Under the pieces are notes generated by a model that made no database searches, was not told where the DNA came from, and worked only from the letters and a program-made list of their open reading frames with translations. A program made the translations under genes and the position numbers. Shown here in pieces: positions 38,087 through 46,887 of a stretch of 64,000 nucleotides of DNA; position 1 is the first letter of the stretch, and each line of letters begins with the position of its first letter. Source of the stretch: Candidatus Omnitrophota bacterium (GTDB lineage: Bacteria; Omnitrophota; Gorgyraeia; B26-G9); NCBI GenBank assembly GCA_018817165.1, contig JAHITY010000088.1:2866-66865 (forward strand), given 5' to 3'.

Positions 38087-40300
38087 TTATCGCACATTTT
38101 CCTGCGTGCCCCAAATCAGCAAATATTCTTTTGCTTTCTGAGCATCCTTATCATTAGGTGCCAGAGCAAGATAGTGCTTAAAATGGGAAATCGCTTTTAA
38201 TTCATCGACTAAATAACGAGAATATATAATCCCCAGATTATAATGTGTGCTCGCATCCCGATCATTGAATTTTAAAGCTTTTCTAAACTCAGATACAGCT
38301 TGGGTGTATTCCTGACGTTGAGAATGAAAAACTCCTAAATTATAATGCAATGAAGAATTCTCTAAACGTAAATCACTTGTTTCTTTTTCTAACTTTGATA
38401 ATCTTTCCGGCATGGCTTTAAGCTGTAGCTCAAAATTTTTATTCTGATTATTCAAATCACTTATATTCTTTTTTAGCTCATCAACCGTGTCAGAATATTT
38501 AGCCAATAATCCGATCTGCTGCTCATCCTTCTTCTGCCATTCCCGTTCCTTTTTATAAAAATTCTGAACTTTTTTAGCTAAACTGTCTTTATCTTTTTCC
38601 AGCTTTACGTGTACTTCCTGGAGCGCCGCAAACTTGATTTTATTATCTTCCAGCTGATTTAAATAATTCTCCCTATCTTTATTCGAAAGATCGTTTTTCT
38701 TTTCCAGTTCACCGGCAAGACCGCGAAATTCTTTTAATTCCTCGCTAAGTTTATTTTTATTTTCCTCTAATTTCAGAAGGTAGCTTTGCTCTTTTTCTTG
38801 GATCATCTGCTCAGTAAGAGTTAGCTTTTTATCTTTATCTTCAACTTGTTTTTTATAATCCGCTACCAATGAAAGCAATTCAAGATTTTCATTAGCCATC
38901 TTATTATTCTTTGATTTTAAGCTGGTCAGTTCTTCGTAGGACTTATTTAAAATCTTATTAAGATTTGTAAACTCTGTTTTTAAAAAGTCAATCTCATCAT
39001 TAGCCACCTGAATGCTTCCAGAATCACTTGGAGTAAGTCCTTGCCCGGTACCGGTTTGTTTACCATCTAAACTAATAAGTTTAAGCAAAAGCTGTTTTTT
39101 CTCATTTACTAATTTATCATTTTGATTAATAAGATCTTCATTCCTTTTTTTAATATCCAAAACATTTTCTTCCAAACTCTTTTTATTTTCAGATATCAAC
39201 ATTTTATATTCTGCTCTTTGATGCAAAAGCTCCTCATCCTTTTGTTTGATCAAAGCTTTTTGACTGATTAGCTGCGCGTCTTTTTCCTTGGTCTGCTGAA
39301 TAAAAGATTCCATATCAGTTTCATACTGTTCTTTCTGCTGATTAAAATCTTTGCTGCCATCCTGAAGCTTGGCCAGCTCTTCTTTTAAAGCTTTTTCCCT
39401 TTGTATATATTTTTCAGTATAATAGCGTTCCATACCCTTTAATTCTTCTTGGGTAACTCCCAGCTGCTTTTCTTTTTCTGCCAGCTGTTTTCTGGTTTCA
39501 TCAAGCTTTTGCTGATAATCCTTACTATCTGCCTCTATTTGCTGATTGCGATTAACAATTGTCTCGCTTTCCTTTTTTGCCAACACTAATTCATCTTTTA
39601 AAGTTTTTTCTTTTTGCTGCATTGCCTCAACCTGTTTAATAGTTTCTTTGGTTAAGTTAGTCACTTGTTCATTAAAAGCTTTTTCTTTTTTATCCAGCTT
39701 GTCTTTAAGCGCTAAAATTTGCTCTTGCTGAGCTTGATGTTCTTTAGCATATTTTTGCTCTGATTCTTGGATTTTCCGATTCTCTTCTTTAAGTGATTCA
39801 ACCAGCTTACTTAATTGCGTAACTTGCTCTGTTTCCTTTTGAGATTTTTGCGAATAATATAACTCTTTCTTTTCAGAATCTTCCTTTAACCTATTATAAT
39901 TATCTTTAAGTTCCGCCTTATTTTCTTCCAAAGTGCTGATTGCCGCTTGGGCCTTAGTAAACAGCTGATCGACATTATTAAGCTGCTGCCTTAAAGAAGT
40001 GATTTCGCCTTCTTTAGCGGCTACAGCTTGTTCTTTTAGCGCCAGCTGTTCACTAAGAAAATCATGTTTTGACTTAACTTGCTCATACTGATTGCTCAGA
40101 TCTTCATAAGCCTGTTGTTTAGCTTTTAGATCTTTTGCTAAAACCCCCATGTCTTTAGCAATTTTCTCAACCACATTCGATACTTCCATTGAAGCATCCT
40201 GCGCTTGAGACACTGAGCCGATATTAAGACTCAAAGCAAAAATCAGTGCAAAGATAAGCCCCCTACTTCCCACGATTCCTCGCCAATGAAAATTTTTCAT
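38087..40300 (-). CDS. Exported long coiled-coil protein with C-terminal TPRs
   Basis: Signal peptide ending SQA; about 600 aa of heptads; LHYNLGVFH...THYNLGIIY. Confidence 0.85.
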   Translation of the reverse strand: MKNFHWRGIVGSRGLIFALIFALSLNIGSVSQAQDASMEVSNVVEKIAKDMGVLAKDLKAKQQAYEDLSNQYEQVKSKHDFLSEQLALKEQAVAAKEGEITSLRQQLNNVDQLFTKAQAAISTLEENKAELKDNYNRLKEDSEKKELYYSQKSQKETEQVTQLSKLVESLKEENRKIQESEQKYAKEHQAQQEQILALKDKLDKKEKAFNEQVTNLTKETIKQVEAMQQKEKTLKDELVLAKKESETIVNRNQQIEADSKDYQQKLDETRKQLAEKEKQLGVTQEELKGMERYYTEKYIQREKALKEELAKLQDGSKDFNQQKEQYETDMESFIQQTKEKDAQLISQKALIKQKDEELLHQRAEYKMLISENKKSLEENVLDIKKRNEDLINQNDKLVNEKKQLLLKLISLDGKQTGTGQGLTPSDSGSIQVANDEIDFLKTEFTNLNKILNKSYEELTSLKSKNNKMANENLELLSLVADYKKQVEDKDKKLTLTEQMIQEKEQSYLLKLEENKNKLSEELKEFRGLAGELEKKNDLSNKDRENYLNQLEDNKIKFAALQEVHVKLEKDKDSLAKKVQNFYKKEREWQKKDEQQIGLLAKYSDTVDELKKNISDLNNQNKNFELQLKAMPERLSKLEKETSDLRLENSSLHYNLGVFHSQRQEYTQAVSEFRKALKFNDRDASTHYNLGIIYSRYLVDELKAISHFKHYLALAPNDKDAQKAKEYLLIWGTQENVR

Positions 40301-40302
40301 TT

Positions 40303-42114
40303 TTAATCCTCTTTTTGGTCTTTAATCAAAGTTCTTTGGTATGGTTTAAAACTTTTAATTTCCATTCCGCCAAAATCACTTGCCGGTGGCGGCGGTAAAT
40401 AGCTTTCCTGCTCTTCCTTAATTCTATCCACCTGTTCATAATCCTGAAACGATTTTATCCCGGGAGCCCCGATAACATCACCTTGCGCGGCAACCAATGC
40501 CTCACCGCTGATAATCGTGGGCGTAATCATAATTAATAATTCTGTAACATTTTTAACATCGCTTGATTTCTGAAATAAAAGGCCGATAATCGGGATGCTG
40601 CTGATAAACGGAACTCTTTGCTTTATCTGTACTTTCTCTTCCCGGCGCAAACCGCCGATAACAAGCGTTGCCCCATCTTTAACCAATGCCGTTGTTTCCG
40701 CTAATGAAGTGTCTACTATTGGGATTTGATTGCCTGTAGGGGTAACTAATGTTTCTAATACGCTGCTGACTTCCGTCTTTAATTTTAAGTCAATAAAGCC
40801 ATCTTCATTAATCCGCGGAACAACATCCATTTGAATACCAATATCAATAAATTGCACATCTTCCGATATTGTACTAGTTGATTGTCCGGAAGTAGTAGTT
40901 GTGGTTACATATGCCTCACGCGCTCCAACGTGAATTCTTGCTTCTTGATTATTGGTTACCGCGATCTTAGGATTAGAAAGCAGCTTAGACGACGTAACTG
41001 TCTGGATATAAGTTAATACCATGTCCAGATCATTGCCGCCGATAATTCCGAGATGCAGACCGTCCAATCCAACCATTGCGCTGCTGCTGTTATACACTGA
41101 TGTTGTCCCGCTAAACGGATATGAACCTACATTTCCCACATCTTCATAAACTTGTCTGCGCGAACGCCAATCAGCAGTTGCTGAGCCAACCGAAGTAAAC
41201 GGAGCTGATCCAAGATAAGTCAAGCTATTCGAATCAGAAGCCGCGTCAAATAAGCCTTCCCATTCAACCCCTTTATCTGTCCCATCTGAAATTTTAGATT
41301 TTACAATCTTAATATCAATTAAAACTTCTTTTGTTTTTTGATCCAAAGCCTTGATTAATTCTTCTATTTCTTCCATTCTTTTGGGAAAAGTCTGGACAAT
41401 AACCTGATTAAGCCGTTCATCAGCTTTAATTGATCCGACTTTTTTACCGGAAAGCCTGTGACTTAAAGTTTCTTCTACACTCTTCGCTTTAGCATAATTC
41501 AAGGTAAATATCTTTACAATATTCTTTTTTTCAAATTGGCTGAGCAGTTCCTCCATCCGCGCAAGATTCGATGGAGAATCCATGCATAGAATATTCCCTG
41601 ATTCCTGATCAACCAATATTCTGCCTACATCACTTTTAACTGCTTCCAATAAATTAAAAGCCTGTTCCGGAATCGCGTAATCAAGATGAAAAACTTTTAC
41701 CTTGCGGATATCGAAAAAATTCTTACCATAAAGCACTGCGTATTCCTGCTGCGTCATAACATTATAAATATCGCCGACCTTATCATAGGCCAAACCATTT
41801 GAACGAAGCATAATATCAAAGACATCCTGCACGGGAACTGACTCAACGACCAGCGTTATCCGCCCGGCAACAGATTTTGTGGTTACGATATTAAGCCCGC
41901 TTTTCAATGAAAAATATTTCAAAGCATCATTGATATCGATTTTTCTCAAATCCAAGGAAATAACACCATCAACACCTTTACTCAAAACCGCGATCTTAGG
42001 CTGCGGCGGGGCAATCAAAGGCGTTGAAGCCCCGGCATCTTGCGCCCAGCCGGATTTAAAATTAATCAGGATAAAAACTGCAATTAAACTAACCGCAATC
42101 TGTTTTTTACTCAT
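40303..42114 (-). CDS. Secretin (PilQ/GspD family), copy 1
   Basis: ISLDLRKIDI, ADERLNQVIV, LSNPKIAVTNNQEARIHVG, VPFISSIPIIGLLF, ELLIMITPTII. Confidence 0.93.
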   Translation of the reverse strand: MSKKQIAVSLIAVFILINFKSGWAQDAGASTPLIAPPQPKIAVLSKGVDGVISLDLRKIDINDALKYFSLKSGLNIVTTKSVAGRITLVVESVPVQDVFDIMLRSNGLAYDKVGDIYNVMTQQEYAVLYGKNFFDIRKVKVFHLDYAIPEQAFNLLEAVKSDVGRILVDQESGNILCMDSPSNLARMEELLSQFEKKNIVKIFTLNYAKAKSVEETLSHRLSGKKVGSIKADERLNQVIVQTFPKRMEEIEELIKALDQKTKEVLIDIKIVKSKISDGTDKGVEWEGLFDAASDSNSLTYLGSAPFTSVGSATADWRSRRQVYEDVGNVGSYPFSGTTSVYNSSSAMVGLDGLHLGIIGGNDLDMVLTYIQTVTSSKLLSNPKIAVTNNQEARIHVGAREAYVTTTTTSGQSTSTISEDVQFIDIGIQMDVVPRINEDGFIDLKLKTEVSSVLETLVTPTGNQIPIVDTSLAETTALVKDGATLVIGGLRREEKVQIKQRVPFISSIPIIGLLFQKSSDVKNVTELLIMITPTIISGEALVAAQGDVIGAPGIKSFQDYEQVDRIKEEQESYLPPPPASDFGGMEIKSFKPYQRTLIKDQKED

Positions 42115-42779
42115 CTAATTTCAACCTCTTCACCTTTATACCGCAAAACAACTCGATCTTTTTGAATATCATAAACTTTAATCTCATCGATCATATACCC
42201 CTTCCGGACAAAGTAGGTTTTATCAATTTCCGGATTTTCAATAATCGCGTCCGGATCATCGCCCCAAGAAATACCGACTAATTTCAGATTCTTTGTCAAT
42301 TCAGAAAGTTTCGAAACTTTATTAATGTCTTCTTCTTTGAAATCAACTTCTTTTCTTTTTGCGTATCCCATTTGAAAAAAATCTCTGACTTCCGCTTTAT
42401 CCAAATAAAACTGCTTTTCTTTTAACAGCGAGCTGATTTCAATTGATTCGCTGACTACATTTGCTTGGGCATCCCGTCCAATAAGCAATGCCGCCTTATC
42501 TGTGCCTTTAATCTCAATCCGGATAAATATTCCTAAAGCAATTATCGCCACCCCAATTACGCATTGCAAAAAAACATTAATCAGTTTTAAATCCTGAAAA
42601 ACACTTTTACCGGCAACCGGCTTAAAACTAAAACTTTCTTTAAAAAAAGCAAATCTCGCCCGCAATGATCCCAGAGAAAGATACTTATTCCCCATTCTAA
42701 TCGGAGAAGGTCTAGAGACATTATCACTTTTCCCCTCAATGATTTCTAATAAACGTTTTTCCGGAGTTTTTTCTGCCAT
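42111..42779 (-). CDS. GspC/PilP-like bitopic membrane protein
   Basis: Single TM; C-terminal LKLVGISW...AII...FVRKG...I..DRVVL, typical of the GspC-HR/PilP fold; overlaps the secretin start. Confidence 0.7.
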   Translation of the reverse strand: MAEKTPEKRLLEIIEGKSDNVSRPSPIRMGNKYLSLGSLRARFAFFKESFSFKPVAGKSVFQDLKLINVFLQCVIGVAIIALGIFIRIEIKGTDKAALLIGRDAQANVVSESIEISSLLKEKQFYLDKAEVRDFFQMGYAKRKEVDFKEEDINKVSKLSELTKNLKLVGISWGDDPDAIIENPEIDKTYFVRKGYMIDEIKVYDIQKDRVVLRYKGEEVEIR

Positions 42780-42793
42780 ATTTTAATCCAAAC

Positions 42794-43654
42794 TCAGGCA
42801 ATTACACTAGGTTGTCTGACCCAATGCAATCCTTGCTGAATTTCTTCTTCTACGATTTCCTTGATTAAATCCTCATCGATCACAAATTTATTTCTCATTA
42901 CCAAGCGCTTTAATGCTTTATGACAAAGCATATTCATTCTCCGCGGATACCCCTTAGTGTTTTGATAAATCGCTCTGATCGCTGTATCTAAAAACAAATG
43001 CATATTCGATTTATACCCAGCCTGGCGAATCCGATATTCGATCATTTTCCGCGCTTCATATTCATCCAAAGGATTTAAAGTGTACTTTAAACTTATCCGG
43101 TCAATAAAATTAGGGATATTTATCAGTTTAGAGTGTAGCTCCATTTGGCCAAGTAAGACTAACTGCAATAATTTATATTCATTTGTTTCATAATTAAGCA
43201 AAACCCGTAAACACTCAAGGGTTAATTCATTCAACTTTTGCGCCTCATCAATGATCAGCACAATAGTCTTACCTTCTTCAACTCCTTTTTGAAATAAAAA
43301 CTTCTCGAGAGCTTCTTTTAAATTTAGAATCCTTGGACCGTCTTTAGCCACTTCAATATCAAAATTTCGAGCAAGTGATGTAAGGAATATCTCTTCATCA
43401 TTATAAACCGGATCAAGCATCATATGACAGATAAATCCTTCTTGTGATTTTATCAACTGATACAGTTTACGACTAAGCGTTGTCTTGCCAGTACCCACAT
43501 CCCCTAAAATAACTCCCAATCCCCGTTTCAACCGCAGCTCAATCATTAAATTAGTTAAAGCCATATCATGCTCGCGGGATTCATAAAAAAACATCGGATC
43601 AGGGCTTGTAGAAAAAGGCTCTTTTTCAAATCCTAAAATCTTATAATAGCTCAT
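42794..43654 (-). CDS. ExeA/GspA/MshM-family AAA ATPase without C-terminal peptidoglycan-binding domain
   Basis: EPFSTSPDP, GDVGTGKTTL, LIIDEAQ, LQLVLLGQ, GYPRRMN. Confidence 0.93.
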   Translation of the reverse strand: MSYYKILGFEKEPFSTSPDPMFFYESREHDMALTNLMIELRLKRGLGVILGDVGTGKTTLSRKLYQLIKSQEGFICHMMLDPVYNDEEIFLTSLARNFDIEVAKDGPRILNLKEALEKFLFQKGVEEGKTIVLIIDEAQKLNELTLECLRVLLNYETNEYKLLQLVLLGQMELHSKLINIPNFIDRISLKYTLNPLDEYEARKMIEYRIRQAGYKSNMHLFLDTAIRAIYQNTKGYPRRMNMLCHKALKRLVMRNKFVIDEDLIKEIVEEEIQQGLHWVRQPSVIA

Positions 43655-43665
43655 AGAATCTCCTT

Positions 43666-43714
43666 AAAAAATAAAAAGCCATGCCTTATGCGCAAACACA
43701 TAAAACACAGCTTT
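43666..43714 (-). terminator. G-U-rich hairpin plus U-tract directly before the exeA-like RBS (terminator or attenuator)
   Basis: Minus strand AAAGCTGTGTTTTATGTG-TTTG-CGCATAAGGCATGGCTTT, then TTATTTTTT and AAGGAGA. Confidence 0.55.
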
Positions 43715-43802
43715 AAATTTTTTATTAAAAGATTAAACAATCTCTTAAAATCCATTTTAAAAATCCTCTTCCATGATAATTCAGTACTAAAAAATTACAA
43801 AC

Positions 43803-44033
43803 CTAAGCATTATCCAACATTTTAGCGATAATCTTCAAAGGATATCCTTTACCCTTTAATTCATCGATTTTATTCAAGTTATTTTCTACTTCAACAGCTC
43901 GATAAAAACGCTTATTGCCAAAACCTCTGATTCTAATAGCATTAAGCAATCCAAAATTTGTATAGTGATTCAATGTCTGGTAAGATATATTATACTTTCT
44001 TACCACATCCATAGCAGTTATATTTTCTTCCAT
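43803..44033 (-). CDS. Small MerR/BldC-type HTH regulator (76 aa)
   Basis: DVVRKYNISYQTLNHYTNFGLL...GNKRFY...KGYPLKII; start at ATG 44033 behind SD GAGG. Confidence 0.85.
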   Translation of the reverse strand: MEENITAMDVVRKYNISYQTLNHYTNFGLLNAIRIRGFGNKRFYRAVEVENNLNKIDELKGKGYPLKIIAKMLDNA

Positions 44034-44152
44034 TTTGACCTCGTAATTTGTAAAAACAGCAAATCCATTTTCATACAAACACACCCATCCTGGGAAAGGC
44101 TGGAATATTTTTTGCAAAAATATGAATAAAAAACACGCATTTAAACATTTTG

Positions 44153-44181
44153 ATAATAGCATATATGGTAACTATTGTCAA
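44153..44181 (-). promoter_or_regulatory. Near-consensus sigma70 promoter upstream of the merR-secretin cluster
   Basis: TTGACA-17 nt-TATTAT with extended -10 TGn. Confidence 0.7.
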
Positions 44182-44250
44182 GTGATATAGCCCACAATAA
44201 ACCTACTGATTTTAAATACAAAAATATCGATTTTTAAAAGCTCCAAAACT

Positions 44251-44751
44251 TTAAATCCAGCCAATTATCGACAAAGCGCAAATTGTCTTTGCATCCACTA
44301 TCTTGCCTTGTTTAAATAATTTTTTGATTTGTTCTTTTGTGTATATACTGCTCTTAATTATTTCATCTTTTTCCAGCTGTTTCTCAGAAAAGCTCAAATC
44401 CTCAGCAGTAAAAAATATGATCTTTTCCGTGGAATAGCCCGGACAAGGATAAATTTGGCCTATTTTCTTGATTTTTTTGGCAGTATACCCTGTCTCTTCG
44501 ATAAGTTCGCGCTTAGCACAACAAACAGCTGCTTCATTTACTTCCAAAGTTCCTGCTGGTAATTCGTATAAATATTGTTCGATCACCGGGCGATACTGCC
44601 GCAGCATAATTATTTTATTTTTATTTACTAACGGAACTATCAGCACTGCCCCGGGATGCTTGACTATTTCAAGATTTATAATTTCTAAATTAGGTAATCG
44701 CGTTTTTTTCGTAAAAACCTTGATCAACCTTCCCTCAAATTTGTTTTTCAT
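44251..44751 (-). CDS. NUDIX hydrolase (ADP-ribose pyrophosphatase-like)
   Basis: HPGAV, QYR, ELPAG...AKRELIEETG. Confidence 0.93.
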   Translation of the reverse strand: MKNKFEGRLIKVFTKKTRLPNLEIINLEIVKHPGAVLIVPLVNKNKIIMLRQYRPVIEQYLYELPAGTLEVNEAAVCCAKRELIEETGYTAKKIKKIGQIYPCPGYSTEKIIFFTAEDLSFSEKQLEKDEIIKSSIYTKEQIKKLFKQGKIVDAKTICALSIIGWI

Positions 44752-44762
44752 ATTTTCTCCAT

Positions 44763-44794
44763 AAAAAAAGGGGTAGAAAATATTTTCTACCCCT
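44763..44794 (-). terminator. Intrinsic terminator after gap
   Basis: Perfect palindrome AGGGGTAGAAAATATTTTCTACCCCT with T-run on the minus strand. Confidence 0.8.
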
Positions 44795-44830
44795 GATGTT
44801 ATTCTTAAACACTAAAAACTACTATTGAGT

Positions 44831-45838
44831 TTAAAGTCCTTTTGACGCGATAAGCTTAACCAAATCAACTACTCTGTTTGAATAACCCCACTCATTATCA
44901 TACCAAGAAAGCACTTTAACCATGCCCACACCGATTTTCATTGTGCTCAAAGCATCAAAAACTGAAGAATGCGAATCTTTGATAACATCAGCAGAAACAA
45001 TCGGATCTTCACAATAAGACAAAATGCCTTTCATTGTTGTCTCAGCAGCGGCTTTAATCGCATTATTAATTTCCTCTACTGAAGCATCTTTCTTTAATTT
45101 CACAACCAAATCAACCAAAGAACCGGTTGGAGTTGGCACGCGGATCGCCAAACCATTTAATTTCCCATTAAGCTCTGGAATAACTAATCCTACTGCCGCA
45201 GCAGCACCAGTTGTTGTTGGAATCATCGAAAGAGCCGCGGCACGCGCTCTTCTTAAATCACTGTGCGGAAAATCAAGAATTACCTGATCATTAGTATAAG
45301 AATGAATTGTAGTCATTAATCCTTCTTCAATACCAAAATGATCATTTAAAACTTTTGCTATCGGCGCCAGACAATTAGTTGTGCATGAAGCGTTAGAAAC
45401 AACAATATCACTTGCTTTAAGGCTGGAATCATTTACCCCTAAAACAATTGTATTATCAATTTTATCTTTTGACGGTACAGTCAAAATTACTTTTTTTGCT
45501 CCGGCTTCAACATGCCACATTGTCTGTTCTTTTGATCTAAACACACCAGTTGACTCAATAACAATATCAACTTTCAACGCTTTCCACGGCAGCTGTTTAG
45601 GATCCTTGATTGCTGAGATTTCAATCTTCTTCCCATCAACAACTATCGCATTTCCGTCTACAGACACCTTCTTATCATATCTTCCGTACACAGAATCATA
45701 CTTCAGCAAATGCGCCAGCGTTTTTGCGTTAGTAAGATCATTGATCGCGACAACCTCGATATCCTTACTTGCCATGGCAATCTTAAAAACATGTCTGCCA
45801 ATTCTTCCAAACCCATTAATTGCTATACGTACTCCCAT
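44831..45838 (-). CDS. gap: Type I glyceraldehyde-3-phosphate dehydrogenase
   Basis: INGFGRIGR, SNASCTTNCLAP, WYDNEWGYS; ATG at 45838 behind GGAGG. Confidence 0.98.
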   Translation of the reverse strand: MGVRIAINGFGRIGRHVFKIAMASKDIEVVAINDLTNAKTLAHLLKYDSVYGRYDKKVSVDGNAIVVDGKKIEISAIKDPKQLPWKALKVDIVIESTGVFRSKEQTMWHVEAGAKKVILTVPSKDKIDNTIVLGVNDSSLKASDIVVSNASCTTNCLAPIAKVLNDHFGIEEGLMTTIHSYTNDQVILDFPHSDLRRARAAALSMIPTTTGAAAAVGLVIPELNGKLNGLAIRVPTPTGSLVDLVVKLKKDASVEEINNAIKAAAETTMKGILSYCEDPIVSADVIKDSHSSVFDALSTMKIGVGMVKVLSWYDNEWGYSNRVVDLVKLIASKGL

Positions 45839-45885
45839 TATACTGCCTCCTTTCAAATTAACCGATTATTGGCCTGCAGATTTTT

Positions 45886-46887
45886 TTAAACAACCTCTCG
45901 CAACAGCTTTGCAGTTTGTTCTGGTGGGCTGGGATTGATATAAAAACCTGTCCCCCATTCAAAACCAGCAACCCTGGTAAGCTTTGGCAAAATCTGCATA
46001 TGCCAGTGATAAAAACCAAGCTCCTGTTCATGCTGAATAGGAGCAGTGTTAATAATAAAATTAAATGGCGGATCTGTCAAGATTTTTTTCAAACGCCATA
46101 AAACATCTTTCAGCATAGCTGAAAAATCGCATATAAAATCTTCTGAAATACGATAAAAATGGGAAACATGTTTTTTCGGTAAAATCCAGATTTCAAACGG
46201 CGTACAGGAAGCAAAAGGACAAAACGCGACAAAATTTTTATTTTCACAAATCAGCCGATCCCCAGACTCAAGCTCCTGATCAATAATATCACAATAAACA
46301 CAACGTTCTTTAAATCCATAATATTTCTCCGCGCCTCTTAAAGCTTCTTTCATTTTTTTTGGCACGATCGGCAGCGCGATCAATTGAGAATGCGAATGTT
46401 CCAGAGAAGCGCCGGCGCTTTGACCATGGTTTTTAAATATAAGAATATATTGAAAACGGCTATCTTGTTTCAAATCAAGAAAACGTTGTTTATACGCAAA
46501 AATTATTTTAGAAACTTCTTCATTACTAAGATCAGCAATGTCTTTTTGATGATCCGAAGTTTCGATTATTACTTCGTGCGCTCCAATCCCATTCATCTGG
46601 TCATATATCCCAATACCCTGACGATCTAAATCCCCTTCTACCCGCAAAGCCGGAAATTTATTAGCAATAACCCGTAAATTCCACAGAGAATTATTATCTT
46701 GATCCGGGGTTTTATCCACAAATATATCCGGTGGACTTTTATCTTCATTACCCACACAAAAAGGACAAAATTTTCCAAGCTGTTTTGCGCCTACAGACTG
46801 TTCAATATAATCATCAGGAGAAATTTGTTTTTCCTCTTGGACAATTATCCACCGGCCTAATATCGGATCGCGCCTTAACTGCTGCAT
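45886..46887 (-). CDS. galT: Galactose-1-phosphate uridylyltransferase-family (HIT) enzyme, intact HxHxQ
   Basis: CPFC, NKFPAL, AHEVIIE, FKNHG..AGASLEHSHSQ, HWH. Confidence 0.92.
   Translation of the reverse strand: MQQLRRDPILGRWIIVQEEKQISPDDYIEQSVGAKQLGKFCPFCVGNEDKSPPDIFVDKTPDQDNNSLWNLRVIANKFPALRVEGDLDRQGIGIYDQMNGIGAHEVIIETSDHQKDIADLSNEEVSKIIFAYKQRFLDLKQDSRFQYILIFKNHGQSAGASLEHSHSQLIALPIVPKKMKEALRGAEKYYGFKERCVYCDIIDQELESGDRLICENKNFVAFCPFASCTPFEIWILPKKHVSHFYRISEDFICDFSAMLKDVLWRLKKILTDPPFNFIINTAPIQHEQELGFYHWHMQILPKLTRVAGFEWGTGFYINPSPPEQTAKLLREVV

Noticed and set aside
43655-44150. c-di-GMP riboswitch in the leader of the secretin cluster
   Set aside because: No GEMM-I consensus (GGCAAA...GAAA...GACGCAAA) could be found by eye
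44034-44162. N-terminal extension of the MerR ORF in the track
   Set aside because: Overlaps the predicted promoter and leader; SD-supported ATG at 44033
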